A DNA stretch of 64,000 bases, taken from the NCBI GenBank assembly GCA_036556305.1, contig DATBJO010000018.1:23918-87917 (forward strand), given 5' to 3'. A model generated the notes under the pieces. It saw only the letters and a list, made by a program, of their open reading frames with translations. It did not search any database and had not been told where the DNA came from. Positions 26,371 through 35,140 of the stretch are shown here, piece by piece. Position numbers and translations under genes: made by a program. Position 1 is the first letter of the stretch. Every line of letters begins with the position of its first letter. This DNA comes from Gemmatimonadota bacterium (GTDB lineage Bacteria; Gemmatimonadota; Gemmatimonadetes; JACCXV01; JAHWKZ01).

Positions 26371-28068
26371 CTAGTTGCCGTTGCATTCGCCCGGGGTCTT
26401 CAGGAACACCGTCCCCAGCGCCTGCAGCGGCTGGCCGTCGACCCACGCCAGGAACAGGCGGCTCTGGTCGGCGCGAACCGGCGTATAGGTGAAGCGGATC
26501 TCCCCGGCGCCGTTCGTGCGCCAGCTCCCGAATCCCTGGAGCGGCCGGTATCCCGGCAGCGGCTGGCCGTTGCTGAACCGGAGCTCGGTGTACTTGCCGA
26601 TCGCGGGCCCGCCTCCGCCGGGGGCGTCGGCCCGGTTCTCGCCTTCGACCTCGATCTCGTACGGCTGCCCCGGGCAGATGGGAGCGGGGACGTTCACCCT
26701 GCCTCCGGAAGCGGACACGGTCGAGTTGGCGTTGATGGCGATCGTGTCCAGGTCGAGATCGGCCCAGACTCCCTCGCTCAGATCGACCTCGAACCGGAGT
26801 CCGAAGGGCTGAAAATCGATCATCGGCATCGCCTCGACCCGGGTGCTGACGTCGGTCACCAGGGTCCCGCTCGCGGTGCCCGTGTTGTCGGTGATCAGGA
26901 CCGGTCCCGGATTGAACGTGACGGTCGATCCGAGTGCGGTTCCGTCCGGAGCCACGAGGTTCGGCCGGGTCGGGGAGACCCGCACGCGGGCCCCCGAAAC
27001 CGGATCCCCGCGGGAGTCGCGCACGTGGATCGTGAATCCGAGCGGGTCGCTCCCGGTCGCCCAGACGGCGGGCGCGATCCCGGTGCCGTTGAATCTCGAG
27101 TTCCCCGTGACGGTGTAGTCGGAGTTCGCCGTGCTGACGTCGCGCAGGACGATGATGTCCTGGTCGACGTCGATCTCGGTCGATTTGCCCAGATTGTCGG
27201 TCAGGCGGAGGGCCGGCATGTAGTGGTCTTCGCGGAACGGATACGAGACCGTGATGTCCTCTCCGGGGGCGATGATCTCGAATCCGGCGCCCAGATCCTT
27301 GTCCAGCTCCCAGGTCACGATCGTCCCGTCTACATCCGTCCCCGAGGTCTCGAGCAGGATCATCAGCGGCGCGACTCCCTGAGGGGGAGCGCCGTTCAGA
27401 AGCCTGGAGTGGAGGGATCCCGTGGGCGGATCGTTGTGGGGAGCGACCGTGAGCTGACGCGAGGTCGTGGCCGGAACTCCGATGTTGTCCACGGCGCGGG
27501 CCGTGAGCGTGTAGGTGCCTTCGGCGGCGTACGTGTGGGTCGCCGTGAAGGGGCTCGACGCGCCGCTCGAAGGAGCCGTCCCGTCCCCCCAATCGACCGA
27601 GAGGCTCTGGACGGTGCCGTCGGCATCGGTCGCGGTCACGCGCCCGGTGAACTCCGTATCGTTGGCCTCGCCGGTCACCGGTTCGACCGTGAACGAGGTG
27701 ATCTGCGGGGGCAGGTTCCCCGGGGCTTCGATGTCGACCGTGAACAGGATGATGTCGGGCGTCGCGAGCGGGTCGCTGGATCGGATCAGAGCCTGGACGA
27801 CGTGGTGCTGCGACGTCGGCTGGAAGATGAAGACGGGGCCGGGCTCGCTCCGGGTGTCGTCGATGAGGTACTCGACCGTCCGCCCGCCGTTCGCTCGAAT
27901 CTCGAAGCGGACGGACTCGCCGGGGGACACGATCACGTTCCGCGAGGACGGGCTCACGATCTCGAACGGCGCGGATCCCGAGCCGGACGAGCACGCATGC
28001 GAGAGGATCACGCACGCCAGGACGCAAAACAGAGCGGGGCGCGCACGCATGAGGGTGCATGACGTCAT
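26371..28068 (-). CDS. PKD-domain lipoprotein with Ig-like C-terminal module (paralog 1)
   Basis: Signal with Cys (VILSHAC). PKD motif TATDADGTVQSLSVDWGDGT..HTYAAEGTYTLTARAVDN. The C-terminal ~330 aa are colinear with the next gene. Confidence 0.8.
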   Translation of the reverse strand: MTSCTLMRARPALFCVLACVILSHACSSGSGSAPFEIVSPSSRNVIVSPGESVRFEIRANGGRTVEYLIDDTRSEPGPVFIFQPTSQHHVVQALIRSSDPLATPDIILFTVDIEAPGNLPPQITSFTVEPVTGEANDTEFTGRVTATDADGTVQSLSVDWGDGTAPSSGASSPFTATHTYAAEGTYTLTARAVDNIGVPATTSRQLTVAPHNDPPTGSLHSRLLNGAPPQGVAPLMILLETSGTDVDGTIVTWELDKDLGAGFEIIAPGEDITVSYPFREDHYMPALRLTDNLGKSTEIDVDQDIIVLRDVSTANSDYTVTGNSRFNGTGIAPAVWATGSDPLGFTIHVRDSRGDPVSGARVRVSPTRPNLVAPDGTALGSTVTFNPGPVLITDNTGTASGTLVTDVSTRVEAMPMIDFQPFGLRFEVDLSEGVWADLDLDTIAINANSTVSASGGRVNVPAPICPGQPYEIEVEGENRADAPGGGGPAIGKYTELRFSNGQPLPGYRPLQGFGSWRTNGAGEIRFTYTPVRADQSRLFLAWVDGQPLQALGTVFLKTPGECNGN

Positions 28069-28209
28069 ATGGATTCCTTATCCTGCGAGTGCTGTATCGT
28101 GGGATTCACCGCGCGGCGATCCGGGACCGATCGCTGAACCGCGGCACTTGGAAACGGTCGGTGATCCGGGAGCGCCGTCGGGTGACGGCCTTGTATGCTG
28201 AACCGGTTC

Positions 28210-28238
28210 AATGTAGCGACCCCGTCCGGGGCGTTCAA
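28210..28238 (-). promoter_or_regulatory. putative promoter between the two PKD paralogs
   Basis: The minus strand reads TTGAAC-17 nt-TACATT. The spacer is a hairpin (CGCCCCGGACGGGGTCG) just after the upstream stop. It lies about 140 nt upstream of ATG 28068. Confidence 0.3.
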
Positions 28239-28245
28239 CAGCCGC

Positions 28246-30480
28246 TCAGGAGCCGCACTCGGAAACGGGTTTGAGCGCGATCAGGCCGAGTTGCTGAAGC
28301 GGCTGGCCGTCCACCCAGGCGTGAACGAGCCGGCTCTGGTCCGCGCGCGTCGGCGTGTAGCCGAACCGGATGACGCCGGCGCCGTCGGTCCGCCAATCGT
28401 CGTAGCCGGGTCGAGGCGCGGCGCCCAGATACGAGCCGTCGGTGTAGCGCAATTCGGTGTAGCGGCCGGCGTCCGCAGACCCCGGCGACGGGGCCTCGGG
28501 GCCGCGTCTGGCCAGAACCTCGATCTCGATCGGCGTTCCCGGGCAGACCGCCTGGTTCGCGGGGAAGACGAGGACCTGACTGGAGGAGGCAGACACCATC
28601 GAGTTCGCGTTGAGGCCGTCGACGCGCGCCACCTCCCGCCATTGACCATGTCCGGCGTCGGCCTCGAACACGAGCGCGAAGGCCTGGAAGGCGATGACCG
28701 GCGCGCGCTCGATGCGCGTGCTGAGGACCGTCGTGAGCGTCCCGCCGGCGGTCCCGTCGCTCCCGGTCCGCAGGTTCCCGGCGGTCAGGACCACCTCCGG
28801 TCCGAGCGCAACACCGTCCGGCGCGAAGAGCGCGCCGCGGGTGTGACCGACCCGGATCGGAACGTCGGGAAGCGGGTCCCCGCCGGGATCATGGACGCTG
28901 ACCGCGAAGCGCCACTCGTCTTCGCCGTCGGACCACACGGCGGGGGCGATCAGCGTGGAGGCGAAGTGAGGGTTGCCGGTCGCCGACGCGCTTCCGCCGG
29001 CGATCGGGCGATACACGGTGACGGGGGCACCCTCCACGATCGTGGTCGCGCCGGAATCGTCGGTGAGCCGGAGGCGCGGCCGGTAGGCGTTCTCGTCGAA
29101 CGCGTAGACGAGCGTGGCCGTCAGCGAGGCGTCGAGCTCGAGGAAGCCATCGCCCTCGTTGGCCTCGATCTCCCACTTCACGATCCGGCCGTCCGGATCC
29201 GAGCCGCTCGCCGTGGCCCGGACCTCGAGGGGGGCGTCGCCGCTCGTCGCGCCGAGGTCGAGCGCCCCGATCGGTGCCGCGTTCTGGGAGGCACGGACGA
29301 CGACGGTCGCAACCGCGGCCCCGCTCGCCCCGTCGTCGTCCTCGACCGTGGCGCGGACGAGGTAGGTGCCGGGCAGCTCGTACCGGAAGGCGGCGGCGAG
29401 GGTCGCGGCCTGAGCGGACGCGTCCGTCTCACCGTCGCCGTCGAAGTCGACCCTCACGGCGCGGACCACGCCATCGGAGTCGGTCCCCGCGACGAGGGCT
29501 TCGACGTCGAGCGGCGCGTCGCCTTCGGCGGGACTCACGACGAGAGTCGCCGCGGGAGCCGCGTTGCCCGGAGGCGGCTCCGAGGCGGTGACCTGGACGC
29601 GCACCGAATCCCTCCCCTCGGCCCCCCGGTCGTCGGTGACGGCGAGCCGGATCCAGGTCGTCACGGGATGCGGGAAGCGGGCGGTCCGGACGAGCGGCGC
29701 GGCGCTCTCGACCTCGAACGCGCCGTCGCCGTCGAGATCGAGCCGGTAGCGCGCGACTTCGCCGTCCGGGTCGCTGCCGCCGGCCTCGACCCGGACGTCG
29801 AGCGGCGCGACTCCGGACACCGGATCGACGACCAGGATCGGAACCGGCGGTCGATTCGGAGGAGTGACTTCGATCGGGCGGGTGGCTACGGCGGACGCCC
29901 CCCGCTCGTCCTCGACGATCGCGGTCGCCTGCCAGCTTCCGGCCTCGAGGAGCAGAAGCGTATCGATGGGCGCCGCATGCTCGACGACGAACGCCGCGGG
30001 ACCGACGACCTCGAGCCGGAAGCGGGTCACGGAACCGTCGGGATCGGCCCCCTGGACGCGGAACCGCGCGACGAGCGGCGCCTCTCCGCCCCCCGGCTCG
30101 ACCGAAAGCACGGCGGTCGGGGGCACGTTCGGCGGCGCCTCGACCGTGACGGTCCACGCGCAGGCGGTCTCGAGCTGGCCGTCCGACACGATCGCCGAAA
30201 CGAGATAGGTCCCCGGGGCCGCCGGCGCGAACACGAATGTCGCCCCGCTCGCCTGCGGGGCGCCGTCGACCAGGAACGTGATCGCGAGCGGCTTCGCGCG
30301 GGGACTCGTCGCCTCGACGTGGAACTCGACGTGAGCGCCGGTCTCGATCCGCACCTCGGAGACGCCGGGTGAGACGCTCGCCAGTCGCGGCGCGTCGGCA
30401 GGACCCGGCCCTCCGGGCCCCGATGGGCCCGGGCCGCAGAAGAGGAGCGGAGAAGTCAGGAGAAACGCGAAGCGACGCAC
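28246..30480 (-). CDS. multi-PKD-domain lipoprotein with Ig-like C-terminal module (paralog 2)
   Basis: GTG 30480 gives VRRFAFLLTSPLLFC (lipobox). Several PKD repeats (..DPDG.V..Y.LD.DGDG..). The C-terminus aligns with paralog 1 (..RADQSRL..AWVDGQPLQ..). The track start at 30822 would overlap the divergent gene and its promoter. Confidence 0.8.
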   Translation of the reverse strand: MRRFAFLLTSPLLFCGPGPSGPGGPGPADAPRLASVSPGVSEVRIETGAHVEFHVEATSPRAKPLAITFLVDGAPQASGATFVFAPAAPGTYLVSAIVSDGQLETACAWTVTVEAPPNVPPTAVLSVEPGGGEAPLVARFRVQGADPDGSVTRFRLEVVGPAAFVVEHAAPIDTLLLLEAGSWQATAIVEDERGASAVATRPIEVTPPNRPPVPILVVDPVSGVAPLDVRVEAGGSDPDGEVARYRLDLDGDGAFEVESAAPLVRTARFPHPVTTWIRLAVTDDRGAEGRDSVRVQVTASEPPPGNAAPAATLVVSPAEGDAPLDVEALVAGTDSDGVVRAVRVDFDGDGETDASAQAATLAAAFRYELPGTYLVRATVEDDDGASGAAVATVVVRASQNAAPIGALDLGATSGDAPLEVRATASGSDPDGRIVKWEIEANEGDGFLELDASLTATLVYAFDENAYRPRLRLTDDSGATTIVEGAPVTVYRPIAGGSASATGNPHFASTLIAPAVWSDGEDEWRFAVSVHDPGGDPLPDVPIRVGHTRGALFAPDGVALGPEVVLTAGNLRTGSDGTAGGTLTTVLSTRIERAPVIAFQAFALVFEADAGHGQWREVARVDGLNANSMVSASSSQVLVFPANQAVCPGTPIEIEVLARRGPEAPSPGSADAGRYTELRYTDGSYLGAAPRPGYDDWRTDGAGVIRFGYTPTRADQSRLVHAWVDGQPLQQLGLIALKPVSECGS

Positions 30481-30502
30481 GACGGCCCCCGCGGGAAGCG
30501 CG

Positions 30503-30531
30503 TTGACTTGGCATGGGGCCGTTCCTATACT
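30503..30531 (+). promoter_or_regulatory. near-consensus sigma70 promoter
   Basis: TTGACT (30503-08), 17-nt spacer, TATACT (30526-31), in the divergent region between the PKD gene and the barrel gene. Confidence 0.5.
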
Positions 30532-30607
30532 AACCGCTCGTCGTTTCCCGCGCGAGAGCGCGATTCTCACCCTCCCAGTATCGAGACCGCGTCCCATCCG
30601 AAGTCGC

Positions 30608-31447
30608 CTGCAGCCAGGAACCCGATTCGCCGGTCTCGCGCTCGCGACTTTCGTGCTCGCGACCGCCGCCCGGGCGCAGGATCCGCGGGCGGCCGAGCGC
30701 TCGCCGCTCCCGGAGTACGGTGAGGCGGGAGGGTTCGACGCGGCATACCCCGTCCGCGGACTGTCCATCGAGTCCGGGCGCGTGCTCGAGCGAGGCCGCG
30801 GTCTGGTCGGCTTCGGCGACACGCGCTACGCCCCGTTCGACCGTGTCGAGATCATGACCAACACGATCGAGGGCCTGATCGGCGTCGCGAACGGCGGCGT
30901 CAAGGTCCTCGCCGTGCGCGCGCGAGGGAGCGCTCCCTCGGTGGCGGTCAGCGCTCGCTACTACGAGTCGTACGGCGGGTTCATCGACAAGGGCGTCAAG
31001 CACATCGCGGAGTCGTTCGCGGACGTCACCGATTCGGAGACCGACGTCCGGGGCGTGGTCGGCCAGATCACCGCGACGTGGACGGGGAACGAGGACCGGA
31101 CCCACTATCACGTCTCGCTCCAGGGACATCACCCGATCGAGTCCGAGTTCGGGGTGACCGATTCGGTGGCCGGAGGCGGCGGGAGCGTGCGGTTCCTGGA
31201 GGGAGACGACGTCAGCACGATGTGGGGCGTGGACCACCAGGTGATCGACACGCGGCTCGTCGCGCTCCTCGAGGCCGGCTACTCGTGGCTTCTCGAGCGC
31301 GGGCGGCTGGGCCTGGGCGTCGACACGGGCTCGCAGCACATGCGCGTGCGCGTCGGGGTCATGGTCCCGGGCATCAAGACCGATCTCGCCACCGAGCCGA
31401 CCGATCTCGTCGTCACTCCCGTCCTCAGCGTGCACTGGCGGTTTTGA
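30608..31447 (+). CDS. putative outer-membrane beta-barrel protein (hypothetical)
   Basis: Signal GTRFAGLALATFVLATAARA|QD, alternating beta-strand-like sequence, C-terminal ..LSVHWRF. The start is uncertain: track TTG 30503 coincides with the promoter -35, and downstream in-frame options are ATT 30563, ATC 30596 and CTG 30608. Confidence 0.6.
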   Translation: MQPGTRFAGLALATFVLATAARAQDPRAAERSPLPEYGEAGGFDAAYPVRGLSIESGRVLERGRGLVGFGDTRYAPFDRVEIMTNTIEGLIGVANGGVKVLAVRARGSAPSVAVSARYYESYGGFIDKGVKHIAESFADVTDSETDVRGVVGQITATWTGNEDRTHYHVSLQGHHPIESEFGVTDSVAGGGGSVRFLEGDDVSTMWGVDHQVIDTRLVALLEAGYSWLLERGRLGLGVDTGSQHMRVRVGVMVPGIKTDLATEPTDLVVTPVLSVHWRF

Positions 31448-31992
31448 CGTCGTGCCGTCGACCATGGCGCCCGGCGCCGGGCCGGGCGTTCGCGGCCCTT
31501 CTCGTCCTCGCCCTGGGCGCGGGATGCCGCGAGGTGATCTACGACATCCTGACCGACGAGCGGCTCGTGCGCGTGCCCGTGTCCAGCCGGTCCGAGGTCA
31601 CGATCGACACCGGCCGCATCGACCTGCCGGCGCGACTCGGGACCGACAAGACCGTCGACAGCTCGACCCTCAACCTGACGGCCACCAATTTCAACCTCGA
31701 GAACCCGGTCGTCGTCGACATCCTCGCGGCGTCGTCGCGGAATCCGAACGTGTTCGGAGAGGTGCTCACCGGATTCGCGCTCGAGCCCGGACAGACGCGC
31801 TCGGTCGCGGTCGTCCAGACCGGGCCCGACGATCCGCTCGTGACCGCCGTCACGAGCGAGTCGGTCAACATCCGGTTCGTCTCCACGTCTCCCGCGCCCG
31901 GTATCGGCGAGATCGAGTTCCTGTTCACGATCCACGTCATCGCCCACAAGGACACGCCGGGCACCGGGGCCGGGACGCTCATCTTCTATTGA
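31444..31992 (+). CDS. lipoprotein (hypothetical)
   Basis: TTG 31444 overlaps the upstream TGA. Lipobox LVLALGAGC. About 160-aa beta-rich mature part. Confidence 0.6.
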   Translation: MTSCRRPWRPAPGRAFAALLVLALGAGCREVIYDILTDERLVRVPVSSRSEVTIDTGRIDLPARLGTDKTVDSSTLNLTATNFNLENPVVVDILAASSRNPNVFGEVLTGFALEPGQTRSVAVVQTGPDDPLVTAVTSESVNIRFVSTSPAPGIGEIEFLFTIHVIAHKDTPGTGAGTLIFY

Positions 31993-32005
31993 CGGGCGGG
32001 GCTCG

Positions 32006-34261
32006 ATGGCCCTGATCCGCGTCGCCCTTCCGCTCCCCCTGGATCGACTGTTCACGTACCGGCTCGGGGACGACCAGGCCGTCCCCGCGCGCGGCTCACG
32101 AGTCGAGGTGAGCTTCGGTCGCCGCCGGCTCGTGGGCTTCGCGGTCGAGCCGGCGCGGAGCGCGCCGCCCGGAGTCCGGCTGAGACCGATCCGGCAGGTC
32201 CTGGATCCCGAACCCGTCCTCTCGGAGACCGAATGGGCGCTGGCCGAGTGGATGGCCCGCTACTACGTGGCTCCGCTCGGGCTCGTCCTGCGGCTCTTCC
32301 ATCCGGCGGGCGCCAGCGGGGAGGTCGAGGGGGAGGAGGGAGGCGGCAGGCACGGCGCCCCCGCGCGGCTCCACGTCCTGCCCGCGGAGCGGGCCGGCGA
32401 GGCGGAGCGCGGGGCGATCGAGGCCGCCCTCGCGCGCGCGCCCCAGCAGCTCCGGGTCTGGCGCGCCGCGGTCGAGCTCACGGAGCCGGTCGAGCAGGCG
32501 GCCCTCTGCGCGGAGCTCGGGGTCTCTCCCGGCGTCGTCGCCGCGCTCGCGGCCCGGGGGCTCGTGCGGGTCGAGGAGCGCGAGGTGAGGCTCGATCCTT
32601 ACGCCGGGGAGGATGCGCTCCCCGGCGTCGCGGCGGAAGGCGAGCCGACGCCCGCGCAGGAGGAGGCGATCGAGCGGATCGGCAGGGCTCTCGCGGAGCC
32701 CGGCGGGCCCGCGGCCCCGATCCTCCTGCAGGGGATCACGGGGAGCGGGAAGACCCGGATCTACGTGGAGGCGGTCGCGCGCGTCCTCGCGCGGGGCGGG
32801 AAGGCGATCGTCCTCGTCCCCGAGATCGGCCTCGCGGCGCCGGCGGTGGCGCGCTTCCGGGCCCGCTTCGGGGATCGGGTCGCGGTCCTCCACAGCGCGC
32901 TCTCGCGGGGGGAGCGCGCGTCGGCCTGGAGCCGCGTCCGGTCGGGGGCTGCGCCGATCGTCGTCGGCGCACGGTCGGCGCTGTTCGCCCCCGTCGGCCG
33001 CGCCGAACTCGTCGTCGTCGATGAGGAGCACGAGAGCGCCTACAAGCAGGACGAGACGCCGCGCTACCTGGCGCGGGACGTGGCCGTCTACCGCGGCGCG
33101 CTCGAGCGGGGCGTCGTCGTCCTCGGCTCGGCCACGCCGTCGCTCGAGAGCCGCTCGAACGCGGAGGCCGGGAAGTACCGACGGGTCACGCTCCCCGGCC
33201 GGATCGGCGGCCGCCCGCTGCCGGCGGTCGAGATCGTCGACCTCGCGCGCGAGGGGGCCGTGGTCGGTCCCGGCCTGTCGGACGTCCTCGTGAAGGCGAT
33301 CGAGGACACGCTCGGCGCGGCGGACCAGGCCCTCCTGTTCCTCAACCGCCGGGGGTTCGCGGCGTTCGTCCAGTGCACCGACTGCGGCTGGGTCGGCTCG
33401 TGTCCGAACTGCCGGATCTCGCTGACCTACCACCACCGCTCGCCGAAGCTCGTCTGCCACTACTGCGATCACCGCGAGCCGGCGCGGGACGCGTGCCCGG
33501 CCTGCGGGGGCCGCGCGCTCGACACCCGCGGCCTCGGGACGCAGCAGGTCGAAGCCGCCGTCCGCGCGCGATTCCCGTCGGCGCGCGTCGCGCGCATGGA
33601 CCTCGACACGACGGGACGCAAGGGGTCGCATGCCCGCATCTACCGCGCGATGCAGGCGCGGGAGATCGACGTCCTGGTCGGGACCCAGATGATCGCCAAG
33701 GGATTCGACCTGCCGGGCGTGGCGCTGGTGGGCGTCGTGAACGCGGACACCGCGCTCCACTTTCCCGACTTCCGCGCGACCGAGCGGACGTTCCAGCTCC
33801 TCGTCCAGGTCGCGGGACGGGCGGGGCGCGGCGACCGGCCGGGGCGGGTCGTCCTCCAGACCTGGCTCCCGGGGCACTTCGTCGTGACGGCCGCGGCGGC
33901 GCACGACTACGAGGCGTTCTACCGGCGCGAGACGCCCGACCGCGTCGCGCTGGGGTATCCGCCCGCGACCCGGCTCGCGAACGTCGTGGCGAGCGGGCCG
34001 GAGGCCGCGGCGGTCGAGGCCGGGATCGCGCGCGTCGCCGAACACCTTCGCGCGCGGCCGGCGGCGGGGCTCACGGTGGTCGGGCCGGCGCCCTGCCCGC
34101 TCGAGCGCCTGCGCGGCCGCTGGCGCCACCACGTGCTGCTCAAGGCCGAAACGCCCCCGCCCCTCGACCGCGCGCTCCGCGATCTCGCGCGGAGTGAGGA
34201 AGAGCTCGTCGGCCGCTCGAATCGCCTGGAGATCGACCGCGATCCGATGAGCCTGCTGTGA
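32006..34261 (+). CDS. priA: primosomal replication-restart helicase PriA
   Basis: GITGSGKT, VVDEEHE, and the Cys4 zinc cluster CTDCGWVGSCPNCRISLTYH..CHYC..CPAC. Confidence 0.95.
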   Translation: MALIRVALPLPLDRLFTYRLGDDQAVPARGSRVEVSFGRRRLVGFAVEPARSAPPGVRLRPIRQVLDPEPVLSETEWALAEWMARYYVAPLGLVLRLFHPAGASGEVEGEEGGGRHGAPARLHVLPAERAGEAERGAIEAALARAPQQLRVWRAAVELTEPVEQAALCAELGVSPGVVAALAARGLVRVEEREVRLDPYAGEDALPGVAAEGEPTPAQEEAIERIGRALAEPGGPAAPILLQGITGSGKTRIYVEAVARVLARGGKAIVLVPEIGLAAPAVARFRARFGDRVAVLHSALSRGERASAWSRVRSGAAPIVVGARSALFAPVGRAELVVVDEEHESAYKQDETPRYLARDVAVYRGALERGVVVLGSATPSLESRSNAEAGKYRRVTLPGRIGGRPLPAVEIVDLAREGAVVGPGLSDVLVKAIEDTLGAADQALLFLNRRGFAAFVQCTDCGWVGSCPNCRISLTYHHRSPKLVCHYCDHREPARDACPACGGRALDTRGLGTQQVEAAVRARFPSARVARMDLDTTGRKGSHARIYRAMQAREIDVLVGTQMIAKGFDLPGVALVGVVNADTALHFPDFRATERTFQLLVQVAGRAGRGDRPGRVVLQTWLPGHFVVTAAAAHDYEAFYRRETPDRVALGYPPATRLANVVASGPEAAAVEAGIARVAEHLRARPAAGLTVVGPAPCPLERLRGRWRHHVLLKAETPPPLDRALRDLARSEEELVGRSNRLEIDRDPMSLL

Positions 34262-34272
34262 GCCGAGAGTCC

Positions 34273-34301
34273 TTGCGCCGCGGCCGTCGAGGTCGTAGCT
34301 A
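34273..34301 (+). promoter_or_regulatory. putative promoter of the dioxygenase gene (leaderless layout)
   Basis: TTGCGC-17 nt-TAGCTA. ATG 34308 lies 6 nt after the -10. No SD. Confidence 0.4.
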
Positions 34302-34307
34302 GACCCG

Positions 34308-35060
34308 ATGACCGGCGACGACGAGCTCATCGGCCGGGTGCTGACGCGCCGCGAGATCCTGGCGGCCCTGGGCGCGACCGGGATCCTGTGGCTCGCGCGC
34401 TGCTCGGGGCCGGGCTCGACCGCGCGGTCGGCCGCGCCTCCCGCGACGGGCGAGGTCGTTTCGGGGTGCGTCGTCCGCCCGCGGCTGACCGCCGGTCCCT
34501 ATTTCGTCGACGGCGCGCTCGAGCGGTCGGACATCCGGTCGGATCCCGCGACCGGCGCGGTCGTGGACGGGACGCCGCTCGAGCTCTCGTTCCGCGTGAC
34601 GCGGATCGACGAGGGCGCGTGCGTGCCTTTGTCCGGGGCCGTGGTCGACGTTTGGCAATGCGACGCGGCGGGCGTCTACTCGAACGTCGACGACCCGGCC
34701 TTCGACACCCGCGGGCAGGCGTTTCTCAGGGGCCACCAGGTCACGGGCACGGACGGGGTCGCGCGCTTCACGACGATCTACCCGGGCTGGTATCCCGGGC
34801 GCGCCGTCCACATCCACTTCAAGCTGCGCTCGGCGCCGGAAGCGGATTCGGGCTACGAGTTCACGTCGCAGATCTTCTTCGACGACGAGCTGACCGATCG
34901 CGTCCACGCCGAGGCGCCCTACGCCGAGCGGGGACCGCGCGATCGGAGGAACGCGAGCGACGGGATCTTCGGGCAGGGAGGAAAGGATCTCGTCCTCGCC
35001 CTCAACCCCGCGGGCTCCGGGTACGCCGGCACGTTCGAGGTCGCGCTGGAAGGCGTGTAG
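34308..35060 (+). CDS. intradiol ring-cleavage dioxygenase-family protein with Tat-type signal
   Basis: TRREILAALGATG twin-arginine motif. TTIYPGWYPGRAVHIHFK signature. Confidence 0.8.
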   Translation: MTGDDELIGRVLTRREILAALGATGILWLARCSGPGSTARSAAPPATGEVVSGCVVRPRLTAGPYFVDGALERSDIRSDPATGAVVDGTPLELSFRVTRIDEGACVPLSGAVVDVWQCDAAGVYSNVDDPAFDTRGQAFLRGHQVTGTDGVARFTTIYPGWYPGRAVHIHFKLRSAPEADSGYEFTSQIFFDDELTDRVHAEAPYAERGPRDRRNASDGIFGQGGKDLVLALNPAGSGYAGTFEVALEGV

Positions 35061-35140
35061 CCTCGAGAGGCCAGGTCGGCGCGAGCAGCGAGTCCGCCCT
35101 CCATGCGGCGGCCAGACCCCGCCGGTAGATTCACCCCTCC

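Noticed and set aside
30481-30822. N-terminal 114 aa of track ORF 28246..30822 (minus).
   Set aside because: It is non-protein-like sequence overlapping the divergent promoter and gene. GTG 30480 gives a proper lipobox signal peptide.
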